Below, one piece after another: positions 1 to 13,794 of a stretch of 64,000 nucleotides of DNA (its first letter is position 1; each line of letters starts with the position of its first letter). Below the pieces are notes generated by a model. It worked only from the letters and a program-made list of their open reading frames with translations, did not search any database and was not told the DNA's origin. The stretch is taken from contig CDROCS010002508.1 in the NCBI GenBank assembly GCA_977020255.1, positions 620,001 to 684,000 on the forward strand. The letters are read 5' to 3'. The DNA is from Obrimoposthia wandeli. Taxonomy: Eukaryota. Both the position numbers and the translations under genes were made by a program.

Positions 1-274
1 TTGCTCATTAGCTCATTTTTGCCGACCTCCAACGGAGGCTCGTTGCGGCGCATGTAAGTGGCACTCATGAGTCTCTGGTTGGTGGTAACGTCCGCGGATG
101 AAGACGGGCCTGTCGAGGTGGTACCGGACTCGGGTCGATAGCGACCGTCCTCGGAGCCGACTATCACCACATCATTGGCTGCTGCCGACGCTATCGAGTA
201 GCCGGGATTGGACAATTGGCGCTCTAGTTCACCCGTGGAGTCAGGGAACCCTGGCCCTGAGACTGCCATGTTAC
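1..274 (-). CDS. KIF17: KIF17 exon 6 (partial, runs off the window); low-complexity stalk region
   Basis: CAG acceptor at 277-275. The phase-1 junction with exon 5 (G|GT=Gly) gives an open frame GNMAVSGPGFPDSTGELERQ...PPLEVGKNELMS to position 1. GC-rich like exons 2-5. Assigned from phase and composition, not from a motif. Confidence 0.7.
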
Positions 275-418
275 CTGTTTGAGACAAGTTTAAAGTTAAT
301 GGTATCATCTAGTTGACGGTGTTGATATGGGGTGTCCATTAGCTCTAACATTAGCCCCCATGTTTCTATCTAACCTGGGTAACTACTTCAATCCAAGGGT
401 TTATAAGAGATATGTAGA

Positions 419-1493
419 GAGGTTGTTGCATAATTAATGTCGGTTTTCAATACAACTTTATACCAGTTTTAACAAACCAAACAATTTTATAATTTTTATA
501 TAAGAAAAGTGACTCAGAATTTGGTATAAAACAGAACCAAAGACGAAATATTTTTACATGAATATAAATTAGGTCACACAGCAGCGGAAGCATTTAGAAA
601 TATAAATTTAGCGTTTGCTGAAGGTTCTGCTGACGAAAGAACCACTCAATGAAGGTTTGAAAAGTTTAAATCGGGCATCACTGACTCAGAAGATCAAGTA
701 GGTCGTGGAGCTCATATTACCATAGATAAAGACGACCTGAAGCAAGTTGTCAAATCAAATCTCAATAGTAAGTGTTGAGAACTCGCAATTATTATTCAGC
801 TACACTACTCAACCATTTTCAGGCATTTGTCTGCAATGGATATTGTGAAAAAGTTAGAAAAATGGGTAGAATTAACAGAATCGTAAGAGATTTACGATTT
901 ATTCGTCTTTTTTATTTAGACAAAATAAATTTAGTTTTTTGAAACGTCTGATAACTTGTGATGAAATCTGGATAAATTTCAACAATAGGAGACGTTCATA
1001 TCAGTGGTGTGAAGCGGATGAAGCACCACAGGCATTACTGAGACCAGCATTCCATCAAAAAAGTTATGATTTCTGGTTGATGGTCTATGGTGGCTTTTAT
1101 GCACAACATATTTTTGAATGTAGGTGACACAATTAATTCAGACTCAAAATTGTTATTAAAAACAACTCAGATCAGCTAATCGAAAAGAACCCATTTTGCT
1201 CCACGGTAATGTCAGACCACATGCTTCGTTTCGAACACAGGATAAATTTTACAACTTCTATCCAACCGATTTTCATCATTTCAACATTTATAGTTATTTC
1301 TGAATGAAAGATGTTTTGATTATATAGAAAGTATAAAGTCAAAGGTACGCAACTTCTTCAAATCGAGAAATCAAGAATTCTTTTAAACATGTTTTGAATC
1401 TCTTAGAAAGCGTTGGAAATGTACAGAATCAAAAAGTATTATTGTGTGTATTTTTATTTATTAAAAACCGCAATAATTATGCAACAACGTAAT
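419..1493 (+). mobile_element. Decayed mariner transposon (Hsmar1-like TIRs), in KIF17 intron 5
   Basis: TIRs GTTGTTGCATAATTAATGTCGGTTTT (from about 422) and AAAAACCGCAATAATTATGCAACAAC (1463-1488). Remnant transposase IFLHEYKLGHTAAEAFRNINLAFAEGSADERT (HTH) and LITCDEIW (TGDEKW motif), with stops and frameshifts. Confidence 0.85.
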
Positions 1494-4400
1494 AGATGGC
1501 ACTTATCTAATTTTTCATAAAGAGAACCACCAATTTTTTTAAAAAATACTGTCGAAAGAAAATTATCCTTCCTAGATACCTTATATAATAAATATCACAC
1601 AATAAATGTGAAACCTAGATATACAGGAAACCGATTTATTTATCACACCATCGAGCTTTTGTGATTCAAAATAGGCAATTAACATGAAGATTGGTCTAAC
1701 TAACAGAACCTTGAGGCTCTCGTTCACATTTCATTTAGCAATTCACGATATTTATTCAACTGAAGACAACGGCTACTCAGATTAAATGTGTTTTTAAATA
1801 TTCCAAAATGGCGATTATCAGGTTTTACGATCCACTAACACAAAAAAGAAAGAGTCAACGATCTCAATATTTTATTATCATTAAGATATAAAGAATTTCA
1901 AAGTCAACCCAATTTCCACGTCTCAACATATTCTAAGTATGATTAATAACAGATCTAAACCCCTCATTAAACTGAAACCCACATCCCTACAAGTAATTTG
2001 TATTATATTGACGGAATGATAAATGACTAGATAATCAATACAGTTTATTTTAAATGTGACAGCTATTTTCTTTTTTAAATTAAATTATTAGTAATTTTAT
2101 AATCGATAATTTCCTTACCATACCGCATTGTTTACCAATTTGAAGCGTGATTTTTTAATGTACATAATTTGTATCAAACTGATAATTCTACAGAAGTTAG
2201 ATTATCTGAAGCACCTTATTGACTGGAATTCAATACCATCCCTAATAAAAATACTGGGAGTGTTGATGAGGTCAAACATGGTAAACTGAGAAAGAAAGTT
2301 CGCAATGAAAAAATGTGACAGCCGTTGAAGCAATGTGAGATATGGGTAATAGATTTTCTATACAAAATGCTGCTACCGTATTTTATGGGATACCTCAAGG
2401 ACTTTCTGTGAAAGACGTATCCCTGTACTTTTGTCGATCACCAAAATAAAGTGTATAGTAATATATTATTATGGCACCTCACATGTTTTCTTGTCATGAC
2501 TCATGAGTATATAAATCATACGTTGGCGAAACATCACGCCACCTCAAAATAAGCATTGGTGATCATTCATAACACAGTGATACGAAATCAATATAAAAAA
2601 ACCTTCAATTTCTCTAAAAACAGAACAATTAAACTTAATAAATTCAAATTCTCAATAATAGATTGTAATTTTTAGTGATATTATCGAAAAATTATTGCCG
2701 AATCAACATTCAGCTTGATGCAAAGTAATTGTTACATCTATTTATTTGATTGCTTGTAAAATCTGATTGATACACTGTTTAATTTTCTGACAGTTCAATC
2801 AGTTTTTAGCAATTCCTGAGAATGGCATTTAATACCTCGAAATAAATCGGAAATTGTATAAAAAAGACTCACCTTCTACTATAGTGATAACATATACACA
2901 TACATGTGGTCCTCGGAAAATGGCGTTTTCACTTCATGCATTACCTACCTGTTAGCTTCCTTTTAATGATTTGTTAGTAAAACAATAACAACTTTTAATG
3001 TTGTCATTTTCGCGTTATTGGGCATTGCAATTCACTAAAAACAAAGCAAACCATTTCACACAGCAAATACAAACAACCACAAATCATCTAAAAGTGCATT
3101 AAAATATACAATATGATATCATTTTAAAAATAAATATGTAAAGATTATTTAACAACGAAAAGCAGTATTATTTCTTATACATGAGTTGTTCGGAAAGTGT
3201 ACGGATTTTACTTAAACACTTTTTCCAAACAAGATTTTATTTCGACGAAAGTACCAGATTGGGTAATAAATTGGCTTTCATATGTTGACTTAATGAGGAA
3301 ATTGTAACCGTTCTGTCACATCTTTGTCACAACGCAAAGGGTCGTAGTAAGCGTCCAGTTTGTCATGTTTATCTCTCCATTCGCTGCTGGCGTGGAAATG
3401 CTTGGAAATTGATAGAACTCACAATGGCCTATATGACGCTTAAAAAGAGTTGCAAAAATGTCGTTACTAAGGTTTTTATCTTAATCAGTTTCAGATCACT
3501 TACCTGAAACTGTAACTTCATTTGATTGAACTTTGCATAACATTCCAGTGGGTTTTTCAGAAAGCAAAGCATCCTTGCTTTCGAATGATATCACAACAGT
3601 GTGAAAGAGTTTATTATTTTTGAAAAAGGTGCATGGAGAAGCAAACGACGAAAAGTTTCATTATTCTCATCAGACAGCTTCGGGCTTTGAATTTATTCTC
3701 ATTGGATATTTTTAGCATATTAAGCACATAGGCCGCTGATTGTCTTTGGGTGACATTATAAATCCATGCTTCAGGTATCCTATATTGTATTGCATACATT
3801 TCTTTAGTTCTGATGGGTTTGTTGAAGTATTTTCCTCTGAAGCAAAATATGTATGGATTCTGAAGGCTAAACAAATATTGCAAATACTGGTTAAGATACT
3901 TATCGAGAAAAATGCAGCTAACCAGTTAATATGTTAAACTTTAAAAAAGTCAGTAAAGAATGAAATTTTTAAATTGTAAGTTTTGAATTTTTATCGACAA
4001 AATAATTTTTTACACAAAAATTTTAATAAAATTAAAAATTTCGTCAAATGAACCGAGAAATAAATAATTTATTTTATTGGCACTTATTTAATAAATTAAT
4101 TTGTCAAGGAAAGGGCTGTGGCTTCATGTTGTATCTTAATACCCTCTAAGTAATTTCACTGTCACTTTGAGAACCAAAGTGTGTTCTCAAAAGTTCCGCC
4201 AAAAAATTAGTTTTTCCGTCAGCTTTTTATTTATTTCTGTTATCTAACATTTTGTTTGTTCTATTATATGATTTACGTATTTTTCAATGTATACGATTTT
4301 TTTAAAACTTCCATGAAAGTAAATAAAGTTCTATGTTCGAAAACAATATTTAATATCTCATTAAAGTTTGATAAAACTGGGTTCATTCATAAAAATAAAA

Positions 4401-4884
4401 AGGGATTCCGCAAGCTATGGAAAACCTTATAAGGGTTCCACAGCTAAAACAGTCTGGGAACCCCTGAACTAGACAGTTGACTGGATTTAAGATGTAAAAT
4501 ACATTTCTAAATATTGTCACATGTAATAAAAATGAATGTGGGACGTTTCGGACTTACCTGATTTTTGGTAGAAAATTGTGTTCTTTCTTTTAGTTTGTTT
4601 TGATCAAATTAAAAGAAGTAAGTTAGTCAAAAAAAATTAGATTGGAATCAATTTATAAGAAAATTGTCTGAAAACTAAACATTTCTTATAAATTTAACCC
4701 CCCCCCCAGCTCCCCTAAAAAATCATAATAGAAAGAACACTATTCTCTACCAAAGAAGTTCGAAACATCCTACTTTAAAAGAAGAACTGGACAAATATCG
4801 CGAATCACTTGTATATGAAGCAATTAGTGAGGCCATAGGTCTTCAGACTCGCATAGAAATATAAAAGCTAAACGAACCATATTA

Positions 4885-5600
4885 TATATGAAAAACAGTG
4901 AAGATTTTTATTATTCGAATTTACTTCCATTCACACCGATACACTTTCTCCAACAATCAATCATTGAGTTGAACCCATTTTCAAAGAAATCCTTTAGTTC
5001 TTTTCTAATTGAAACCTTTGACATCATGTATATTTCTTTATATGATTAAGCAATTATACATAACTAGGTCTGAGATCTAGATTGTATGGTATTGATATGC
5101 ACAAATCCAGATCTTCCAATCGCTTCCAGTGTTCGAAGACCCATTCCTTTGATTGTTGTTTATAGTGCAGAACATCTAGGCTCAATATTTGACAACAAAC
5201 GCAAGACCAATCTTTTCTAAAAGTTGAAGATTGCTTTCACAAGTCACTTTTTGTCCGTGCATCATCTAAGCAATTAAAATCTGTGGCACAAACCATCTAA
5301 ATAATTTTCTAATGCCAATTTGATTCAACATGTACTGTAGTGCTACTTTCCTTGCACTTAGTTGCAATAATAGCTTCCATTGTGTACTTTTCTTCTTATC
5401 AGTAACAGTTCTCTTTAATTTTTCCATCTCTCCGTCAACTTAAAGTGGTTGACCGCGCCTCCCGTTTTCAAAATCCTTTCTTTCTTATCGGATTACACTG
5501 CGAAATTCGACGATGTCATAAATTGTTAAAATAAACATGCATTAATACACCAACAAAGTTGAAAAATAAACTCCATACGTTCATTGTTTTATATAAATAA
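4885..5600 (-). mobile_element. Decayed mariner/Tc1 transposase remnant
   Basis: Minus-strand remnants EFRSVIR (N-terminus) and RWFVPQIL (WVPHEL-like), with many disruptions. Boundaries approximate. Confidence 0.5.
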
Positions 5601-5919
5601 TTTGGCTCATCTAGGTTTTATATTTCTATGCAAGTCTAAAAATATGAGTCTCACCACGTACATTGCTAAATATATAGCATATGCGTTTTATCAAGCAAGA
5701 CTGTCAGATCCTTATTTTGCATGCAGAATTCATCTTAAATAATCCCCAAAGACTTGAAAATTATCCACAAAATTATATGTTTTTAGGAAGTTCCAAAGTC
5801 AAATAATATCCGAAATGAATCTTAAAAAATGAAAAGTATCTTTGTTGTGACAGATTTTTAACTTTTACAGTACTACATCTTTTATTAAAATTAATTCAGC
5901 AAACAAAAACAAAACTTCA

Positions 5920-7440
5920 TATCGGCTTACTGTTACTAATCCGGCTGACGTTCGAGTTTTCAATTATCTTCAGAACTGTACAGGTAAATCAATGTCTAAT
6001 TAGGGTGGTACAAATCACAGGACAGTACAATATTTTTTCTATAACTTGTTCAAAAAAGCTATAATTAAATAATGAAAATAAGACAGCCAAAGGACCGGGC
6101 AAAATTAGAAATACTATAGACCATCTGCAGAATAGGCAAAATATTTTCGTTCACAAATACAATCTACTTTCTTTCAAAATATCCTCAATACTTAAAAAGA
6201 TGTTCCTCAGGGTTCGATTTTGATCCAAGCATATGTTCAATTTATATTTCATTAATCGTAGCCATTATAAAGAAATATAATATTCATTTTCTCCTTCATG
6301 TTCATAATATACAACTTAATGTTGATTTTTATTGTAAAGACTGAAGTCACATTTTTAGAAATAGAAAATTATATTAAGATTCAAAATAAAATATTTTAGA
6401 GATTTAGGAGAATATATAATCATTCTAGAGTTATAATAGACAAGCAATGAATACAAAGCATGTACCAAGTGGGCAAAATGTACATAAATCGACATAGTCT
6501 ATAATTGATTTTTTGGTTCATCCCAAATAGCCAGTTCTGATTACCAAAAATGGCCAACGAGACATTCATATTAAATCGGGCGACTTCAATGAAGAAAGCC
6601 ATAAATCGTTCCCATTTGAAGTTGGAGAATAAGTCGAGGACCTTTAATCATTCGCTTTACTAGATACAACTAGGCTCCAAGTGCCAGCTATGCTGAGGGA
6701 AACTTCGAATGACGTTTTGAGTTTATATTATCACAAAATAAAATTAGACTCGATTTGACCTCCGGTTAGATTGTATCGTTTCTGGTCTATTCACTTCTTC
6801 ATTACCATCTCCAGCTTCAACGTAATGTTTCAAAAATCTCTACTGATGGGAGATAACGGTGTTGCTTTCCAAAGCACTGTATTTCGGAAAATTCACCGTT
6901 CAACTGTCAGAAACGTTATTTTTGGAATGATATTGTTGAAACGGTATCCCAAACAAAAATAGGAAAATCTTTGAAGTAAATAATGTCCAATTCTTTTCTT
7001 ATGGATTATCTTTGCATGGTGGTGGGAATAATAAAGGAGGTGAAATATACAGAAACATCTATCAATATTCGATGAGACAAAGTTAATTGAGTAGATGTAT
7101 AAGAGAAAACGAGCTATTTGTATACTAAAGACTTGCTTCAGAAAAGGACCAACATCATTTTACACGAGGCAATGACTCAATTACAAAGATTAAGGATCAC
7201 ATATCATATAGTAACAGCATGTACTGGACTTTGATGGGTTACTAACGACTCTCCGGCTAATAAATATTTTATGGTGTGTATGGACCGAAAATCTATCAGC
7301 GAACCCATGTTCATATGTATGAAGGACGCTCTGAGACCGAACTTTAAAAGTACTGGGGGACAATATTAGAAACTGGCCCAATATGAAGAAACTAGATAGA
7401 TACGAAGAAGAATTATTCCATCATAAAAAACTTATTGAAA
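5920..7440 (+). mobile_element. Decayed non-LTR retrotransposon (CR1/L2-like) RT remnant
   Basis: YRP (about 6116), DVPQGSIL (about 6200, GVPQGS motif) and TRGND (about 7163, TRGH-like C-terminal motif) occur in the expected order. Boundaries approximate. Confidence 0.5.
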
Positions 7441-7590
7441 GTCAAGCATGAAATTAGCAATTTATCAAAGATTACACTTACTTAGCCTATCTAGGGTGGG
7501 GTAAATTAAAAAAAAATTCCTCTCTTTTTCATAATCCCAAAAATATTTGAAAGATAAAAATCAAATTGAGTTATTCTCCTAGAACTATAC

Positions 7591-7744
7591 CTTCATCAGA
7601 CTTCGCGATATTCCGGATATCAAGATCAGTAAGCTTCTGGTCGTAGTATCGCTTAAGCCTCTCCATGTCCATTTGCAACTTCTCCTTGTCAGCAGCTTCC
7701 GTCGAGTAAAGTCTCTCCTTCTCTGCCAACTTGGCCTCGTACTC
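7591..7744 (-). CDS. KIF17: KIF17 exon 5 (coiled coil)
   Basis: TAG acceptor 7747-7745, GT donor at 7590. Reads EYEAKLAEKERLYSTEAADKEKLQMDMERLKRYYDQKL, continuing ...SIRE as in the KIF17 IREEYE..L coiled coil. Confidence 0.85.
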
Positions 7745-8417
7745 CTACAACAATTAACCGAACATAAGTACACACTATTCAACTAACTTTCGAAATATTG
7801 CGACAAAACGGGCTTAACAAATAATTACTTTTATTTTTCTCTTTAACAAATAGCATATTTCTATCCTTTACTGAACAATTTAAATATTCTGACAGCAGCA
7901 TTGAACAATATCCAAAATATAGTGAGCTTATGCAAATACACCAGTACTGATGACAGATTTTCATACCTGAAACTTGTTTGTAATATATTTTTTAATTTAA
8001 ATAGCGTATCTCTTAATTTTCAACCAACTTGAATATTTTGTTGTTAGTAAATTGAGACAAGGCTAAGCAACGTCCCTTCATCTCAAACTTTGTACAATTT
8101 ATCATAAATCACACTAACTTCTGTACTTATTTTCCATTGACGACAACAAGTAATTAATGAATGGAAAAAATGAAACTCACTGCAGCTATGAGTTGATTTA
8201 AATTATAAAAAAAAACAATTAATAGATAAATAGTGGAGATTGTTAAAAATTAAGGAGTGTCAAATTTGTATTGTTCTTTGTAAATATTCTTGGTTTTAAA
8301 CACTCTTGATAACCATCTGAATGTCGCCTGAATATGTCCTAAACTGGGTGGGTCTCATGGATCGAAAGTGCGTGACAGACAGAAGAAAGCGAAATAGAGT
8401 CAACGAGATCCACTGAC

Positions 8418-8738
8418 CTCTCTGATGCTCTTTCTCTCCTGCTCAATGAGTTGCTTCTTCTCGGTAGGATTGAGGGTATGCTGTACTCTATCGCCATCAG
8501 GCCTCGCTGGATCGACCTGCTCGATCCCACTGGCTGCTAACCTTTGTTTCAGCCGGTTGATCTCCTCCTGGAATTCGCGCAACATCGCATCCTTGGGATC
8601 CTCGTTGATCTTCGGCTTGTTCTGGATGTTCTTGGCTCGATTAGCGTATCGCAGTGTGCTGAGGCTCTCGTCGAAGTTGTTGTCGGCCGGACTCAGGCAT
8701 GCGATCATCAGAGTCTTGGTGTTGCCGCCCAGTGAATC
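8418..8738 (-). CDS. KIF17: KIF17 exon 4 (motor C-terminus and neck)
   Basis: CAG acceptor, GTCAGT donor. [60 protein letters not shown] (kinesin-2 neck). Confidence 0.95.
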
Positions 8739-8982
8739 CTGTAGTGAAATTAAGTAAGTGACTAAGTGACTATGACTGAGGAGACTAAATGATTAATTGA
8801 GTGAGTGCGATAAGGGTAAGAATGAGTGTATGGGTGAGTGAGGGAGAGAGTGCGAAAGAGTTAATTATAAGTGAGTGAGGGTGAAAATGCTACTGAGAAA
8901 GTGCTCGAGTAAGTGAGTTAGTAAGTGAACGAGATAGTATGGTAGGGAGAGTGAGTCGAAGACAAGTTAGTCATGTAGTCAC

Positions 8983-9339
8983 CTGCAACATCCGAGTCAA
9001 TTTGCTGTCTCGGTACGGTACATGCTTGCTCTTGCCATCCACCAGAGCAGAGATCACATTTCCCAGTGCAGAGAGACTCAGATTGATCTTGGTGGCCTCT
9101 TTCAGTCTGTCCCCGGTAGACCCCGTCTTGGATTGTCGCTCAGAGCCGGCCAGATCCACCAGATTCAGCTTTCCAGCTCGGATATGCTTCTCCTTATCGC
9201 CCTCCTTATCTTTGTCACCAGTTTCCTCGCTGTCTATCATCTCCAGATAGATAGTGAAGATGGAATGCGAGCGGCTGCTGTCCACGTTCATCAAAGTGGC
9301 TCCGGTTGACCGGTTTTTCCAGCCGCGTTCCATGACAAC
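8983..9339 (-). CDS. KIF17: KIF17 exon 3 (switch I/II)
   Basis: CAG acceptor 9342-9340, GTGACT donor. [42 protein letters not shown]. Confidence 0.95.
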
Positions 9340-9369
9340 CTGTGAATTGAGGGCAACGCGCAATTCAAC

Positions 9370-9890
9370 CAGTCAGTCAGTCAGTCATCCATTAATCAAA
9401 AATGCCGACATTCACACAATAATATAGTCAGTCAACTAGTCATTCATTCGTTCAGTCAATCAGTAAGTCAGTCAATCAGTAAGTCAGTCAATCAGTAAGT
9501 CAGTCAATCAGTAAGTCATCCGTAAACCAGTAATGCAGACAGTCACAATCATATAGTCAGTCAACTAGTCATTCATTCGTCCAGTCAATCAGTAAGTCAG
9601 TCAATCAGTAAGTCATCCGTAAACCAGTAATGCAGACAGTCACAATCATATAGTCAGTCAACTAGTCATTCATTCGTCCAGTCAATCAGTAAGTCAGTCA
9701 ATCGGTTAGTCATCCGTAAACCAGTAATGCAGACAGTCACACAATCATATAGTCAGTCAACTAGTCATTCATTCGTCCAGTCAATCAGTAAGTCAGTCAA
9801 TCGGTTAGTCATCCGTAAACCAGTAATGCAGACAGTCACACAATCATAGAATCCGTAAATTAGTCATTCAATCAGTTAACTAGTCAGTCA
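9370..9890. repeat. CAGT/CAGTCAAT-based tandem repeat: 16-bp units nested in about 100-bp units
   Basis: Repeats of cagtcaatcagtaagt, and 4-5 copies of gtcatccgtaaaccagtaatgcagacagtcacaatcatatagtcagtcaactagtcattcattcg. Confidence 0.9.
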
Positions 9891-12533
9891 GAAGATATTT
9901 ATTAAATATTAATAATGCAAGTAAATTATTTTCATCAGTTTTTTTTATCAAAAGTATAATTTTTTCCACTCTTTGTTAAACTTTAAATGTATTTTAAAGA
10001 ATAAAATTAGAAAGTAATATAAATATATAACCTGGCAATCGGATTTCATCGCATATAGTTAGTAAAAGTGTAAAAAACTAGAATACAAACCAGCTAAACT
10101 AAAAATAAAAAATAAAGCAAATACGTTGAATTTCCAATAAATATAGCATGCATTTATTCGAATAAAAAAACATTTAGAAATAAATCAATCATTTTAAAAA
10201 AAAGCAGAACTCTATTGCTATAAAACACGATTTATTAAATAAATAATGGAATTATATGATTCTTTGCTTAATTTTAGGCTGCATATTGGGATAAAAATTA
10301 AAAAAATGTTACAACCCTTTCAACCTGATAGGTTATACTACCTTCCAGATAGACAGAGCAAAGAAGGGTGATCTATAGTTAATTGACGACAACAAGATTG
10401 ACTACAGATATTAAAAATTAACACGCAGATTTTTCGTATCAATTTAATTGGAGGAGTTTTATTACACTAAAATCATAATATCGAAATTATATTAATTTTT
10501 ATTAATTTTTATTACTTTAAATACTAAATTTTACATTTTTTTCAATCAATTTCTACCATATTTTTGTATAACTATGAATATTTTTATGATCCAATTTTCG
10601 GTGTAATACTATCTGGTCCCGCCGCTTAGAATTAACTCTATCCCTTCAAAATATATTTTCATTTTGGGCCTTTTAAACATGAGTACTGATAAATTTGATA
10701 ACATACTAAATTGAATAAATTGAACATACTACACCCTTAAAATGAGAATGTGTAATTTTGAAGAGAAGCCATGAATACAAACTTTGTTAAGAAACATTAC
10801 AATGAACTAATGACATATTCTCAAAGACCAAATTGTCCATAGCAAATTTTTATAAAATCCAAATTAATTTATTAGTTCCTTGCAATTATATTAGATTGAG
10901 TCACAATTAATAACATTTAAAATTAATGGGAAACTAAATATAAAACATTTTGTTCAATGATACCATTCTTCGGAGTTAGAATCAAAATCCTGTGGAAATT
11001 CCATTTCAACACCAAAAAGACTACAATCACGCAGAACCAGGTATGGACTTTAGTATGGATTGAGTTATAATTCTTGACAGCTGATTCTTATATTTTGTCG
11101 TAGGTTCTTTTTGAAATATATGAACGAGCATTATTGTGTTAAAGTTTCCCTCGCTCACTAATCACTAAATCGGGGTAATGTTTAGTTGAAACTTTATTTG
11201 TTCTTTCCAAAAAAATGTCAATCTCGCTTAGCCACAGAAAACAGCAGTTTATCCTTACCCAACCATTGGCCAATTTGTGAAGGATTTCATAAATAAATCC
11301 CCTTTTCATCTATGGTAACGATTTGTCTCAGAAATTATCCTCTTTAAAATGTTCAAGCAGTTTCCTACAAATACCATTTCTGAATTTGTAAGGTAATTAA
11401 TCTCCCTTTATCTCCTAGATTAAAATTTTTCCCGGATCTTTATAATTTATCCTGTGAATGGTTTTGATACAGTATTCATAATAAAAACATTAAAAAATTC
11501 CTGCAGGGCATATACTTTCCAAGATATAAGGTGTTGCCATATGATGACATATGACCTAAAAAATAAATGTTTATTTAAAAAAAATAATTTTAAAATATTA
11601 TTTTGGCGTTGCCATATGGCAACGCTAGGAAATAATGGGTTAAGTTTTGATGTATTTCATTTGAGCGTCTTCTATTCTTTTCCCATAGATGCAAACGTCT
11701 GGTGATTATTCGTTGGAAATAACTAAGTTTCTTTGATAGGTTTGGTTCACACTCAGGTCTCCTCTAATATGGTCTCAACCGCAGAGCCACGTTTTCTTTC
11801 AAGACCCATATCGCTACTATTACACTTTTGATACCGACGACGAACCATAAGATAAACCTTCTGCTTCATTGATTTTCTCACAATATTGTTGATTTTTTGT
11901 CGCATTGACCACTATTGGAAAACGCTTATTTACCAGTCTTTGATACAGATAAACAAACATTAATGTTTTCTAGTAGATTTTTATTATCATAATAAATTGT
12001 TAGTAAAAGTTATTGAGTAAATGTTTTATAAATACTTTCACAAAGAATATTAAAATTAAACGTAGTTAAAATTTAACACTTATAAAGTTTTAAATAAATA
12101 CACATGTCTTTTAAATTGTTTATAAATTAAGATGATTTATATTTAATTTATATTATTCCGCTTTAAATCTAATTATTGTGTTATTATTTAACAAAGAACA
12201 AGTAGTCAATTTTTAAAATTTAAGTTATAAGGAACGATTCTACCAGCTTCAGCTTCAGCTAGTCTAAATGCCCCATTTGCCTCTTAATACTGTCTAAACA
12301 GTTAAATTTTTAAAAATATTTTTTCCCTTTACAACTGAAACATAATAATAAAACATTGACAAAAAATCATTTTAAAAATGCTAAAAAGGGAAATTTTATA
12401 CGGTATAAATCGAAATGTTGACAAATCAGATATTTAAACAAATTCAATGTTCACATTATAGGATAATTCTAAAATATTTTAAAAATGAATGAAAATATAA
12501 TAATTATAAAAAATTTAGTGTTCACAATCAAAT

Positions 12534-13794
12534 TCAGTAAGTGTTTACGTTATGAAATTTATTTAATAAGAAAATGCAAGCCTCAAATTTTAAAATGTTC
12601 ACATTATACACTGTACTTTTACCTATTCGTGCTCTTTCTCTTTCCACTTTCTTTTTGTCCAACATATTCTTCTCGTTTAATATTCCCATATCTTCCAATG
12701 CCGAATTTACTATGGCAGCTGTAGCTCTACAACTTACTCCATATCTATCTGCTGTAATAGCTAAATTTTTATATGAAAATCTATTTTGGTTGTTTTCCTG
12801 AAGCTCAATATCTGGAACAAAGTCAATTTCTTCAATTTCTTCACTGCTACTATTAATTTCACTGCTTCTATCAAAACCAGAAGCATCATTAGTTGACGGA
12901 GCATTCATATCTAATTTTAATTTAGCCTTCCTCTCTTCCAATTTTATGTTCCTATTTTCCGTTCTTTTTCTGGCAGATGTAGTAAAACGGTCTACTGGGC
13001 CTAACTGATTAGTCCGTTCCTTTTGTCCCACAAAACTTTCCCATTCATTAACTGGAATTCTTACTTCACATCTGCAATCAAATCGCTTGATATTTTTGTC
13101 ATAACAGTTACAAGTGCAAATATCAAACATTACATTATATGTTTTTAGTTTCTCCTGAAAGGTGTTAGTTCTTTGTTTCGAAGGAGTTTTGTTTAGTTTC
13201 AATGCAGATTCTACCAATCGTTCAACTTTTAGGACAATCCCATTAAATTTAATATGTGGGAAAGAAAATATATTCCAAACCTTTTCTACATCTTTAGCAA
13301 CCTTTCTATAAACTTCTTTTGCAGATAGAGTGCCTTTAGATGTTACCTCTTCTCTTTTTCTGACAAATAGATAATGTCTAAACACATCAGCCTTTGAAGG
13401 GGTCATAGATGGTGGAATTTCTGCAGGTTGTCCAAATGCAGAATTCTGAGTTTTGCTTCTTGTTGCCATAATTATATTTTTGTAGTATTTATGATCTTAT
13501 ATAATTTAGTTAATCTGAAAATAGATGAAATTAATGAAAAATAAATATAATTTACCTTTTAATATATTTTTAATAAACAAAATGTCTAAAAAACTAGAAA
13601 ACCAAATAAAAATAAATAAAATATTATTTAAACAAATTAGAAAATTGATTTTTTTATAAAATGGATGTATGCTAGGGGTAGGGGGGGTCGCATATCATTA
13701 AATTTTATGTATGATGCCTGCATAATCCTTCTGCACCCCATGCATAGTGTGGAATTGGAAAAACTGAAAAAAAGATAGGTTTCGACCCGGCCTA
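12534..13794 (-). mobile_element. 5' half of a DNA transposon (hAT superfamily, probably hATm-like) with a 311-aa transposase N-terminal ORF (12534-13469)
   Basis: FDICTCNC...C.C..RIP..E..F..Q and TADRYGVSCRATAAIVNSALEDMG motifs. Terminus TAGGCCGGGTCGAAA at 13794. The catalytic half and the second end are absent. Confidence 0.55.

Noticed and set aside
7940-7990. CTGATGA...GAAAC word pair in KIF17 intron 4
   Set aside because: Stem II is only 2-3 bp and no stem I partner follows the GTA; a chance match.
8425-9309. Plus-strand ORFs overlapping kinesin exons
   Set aside because: Antisense shadows of GC-rich coding exons.
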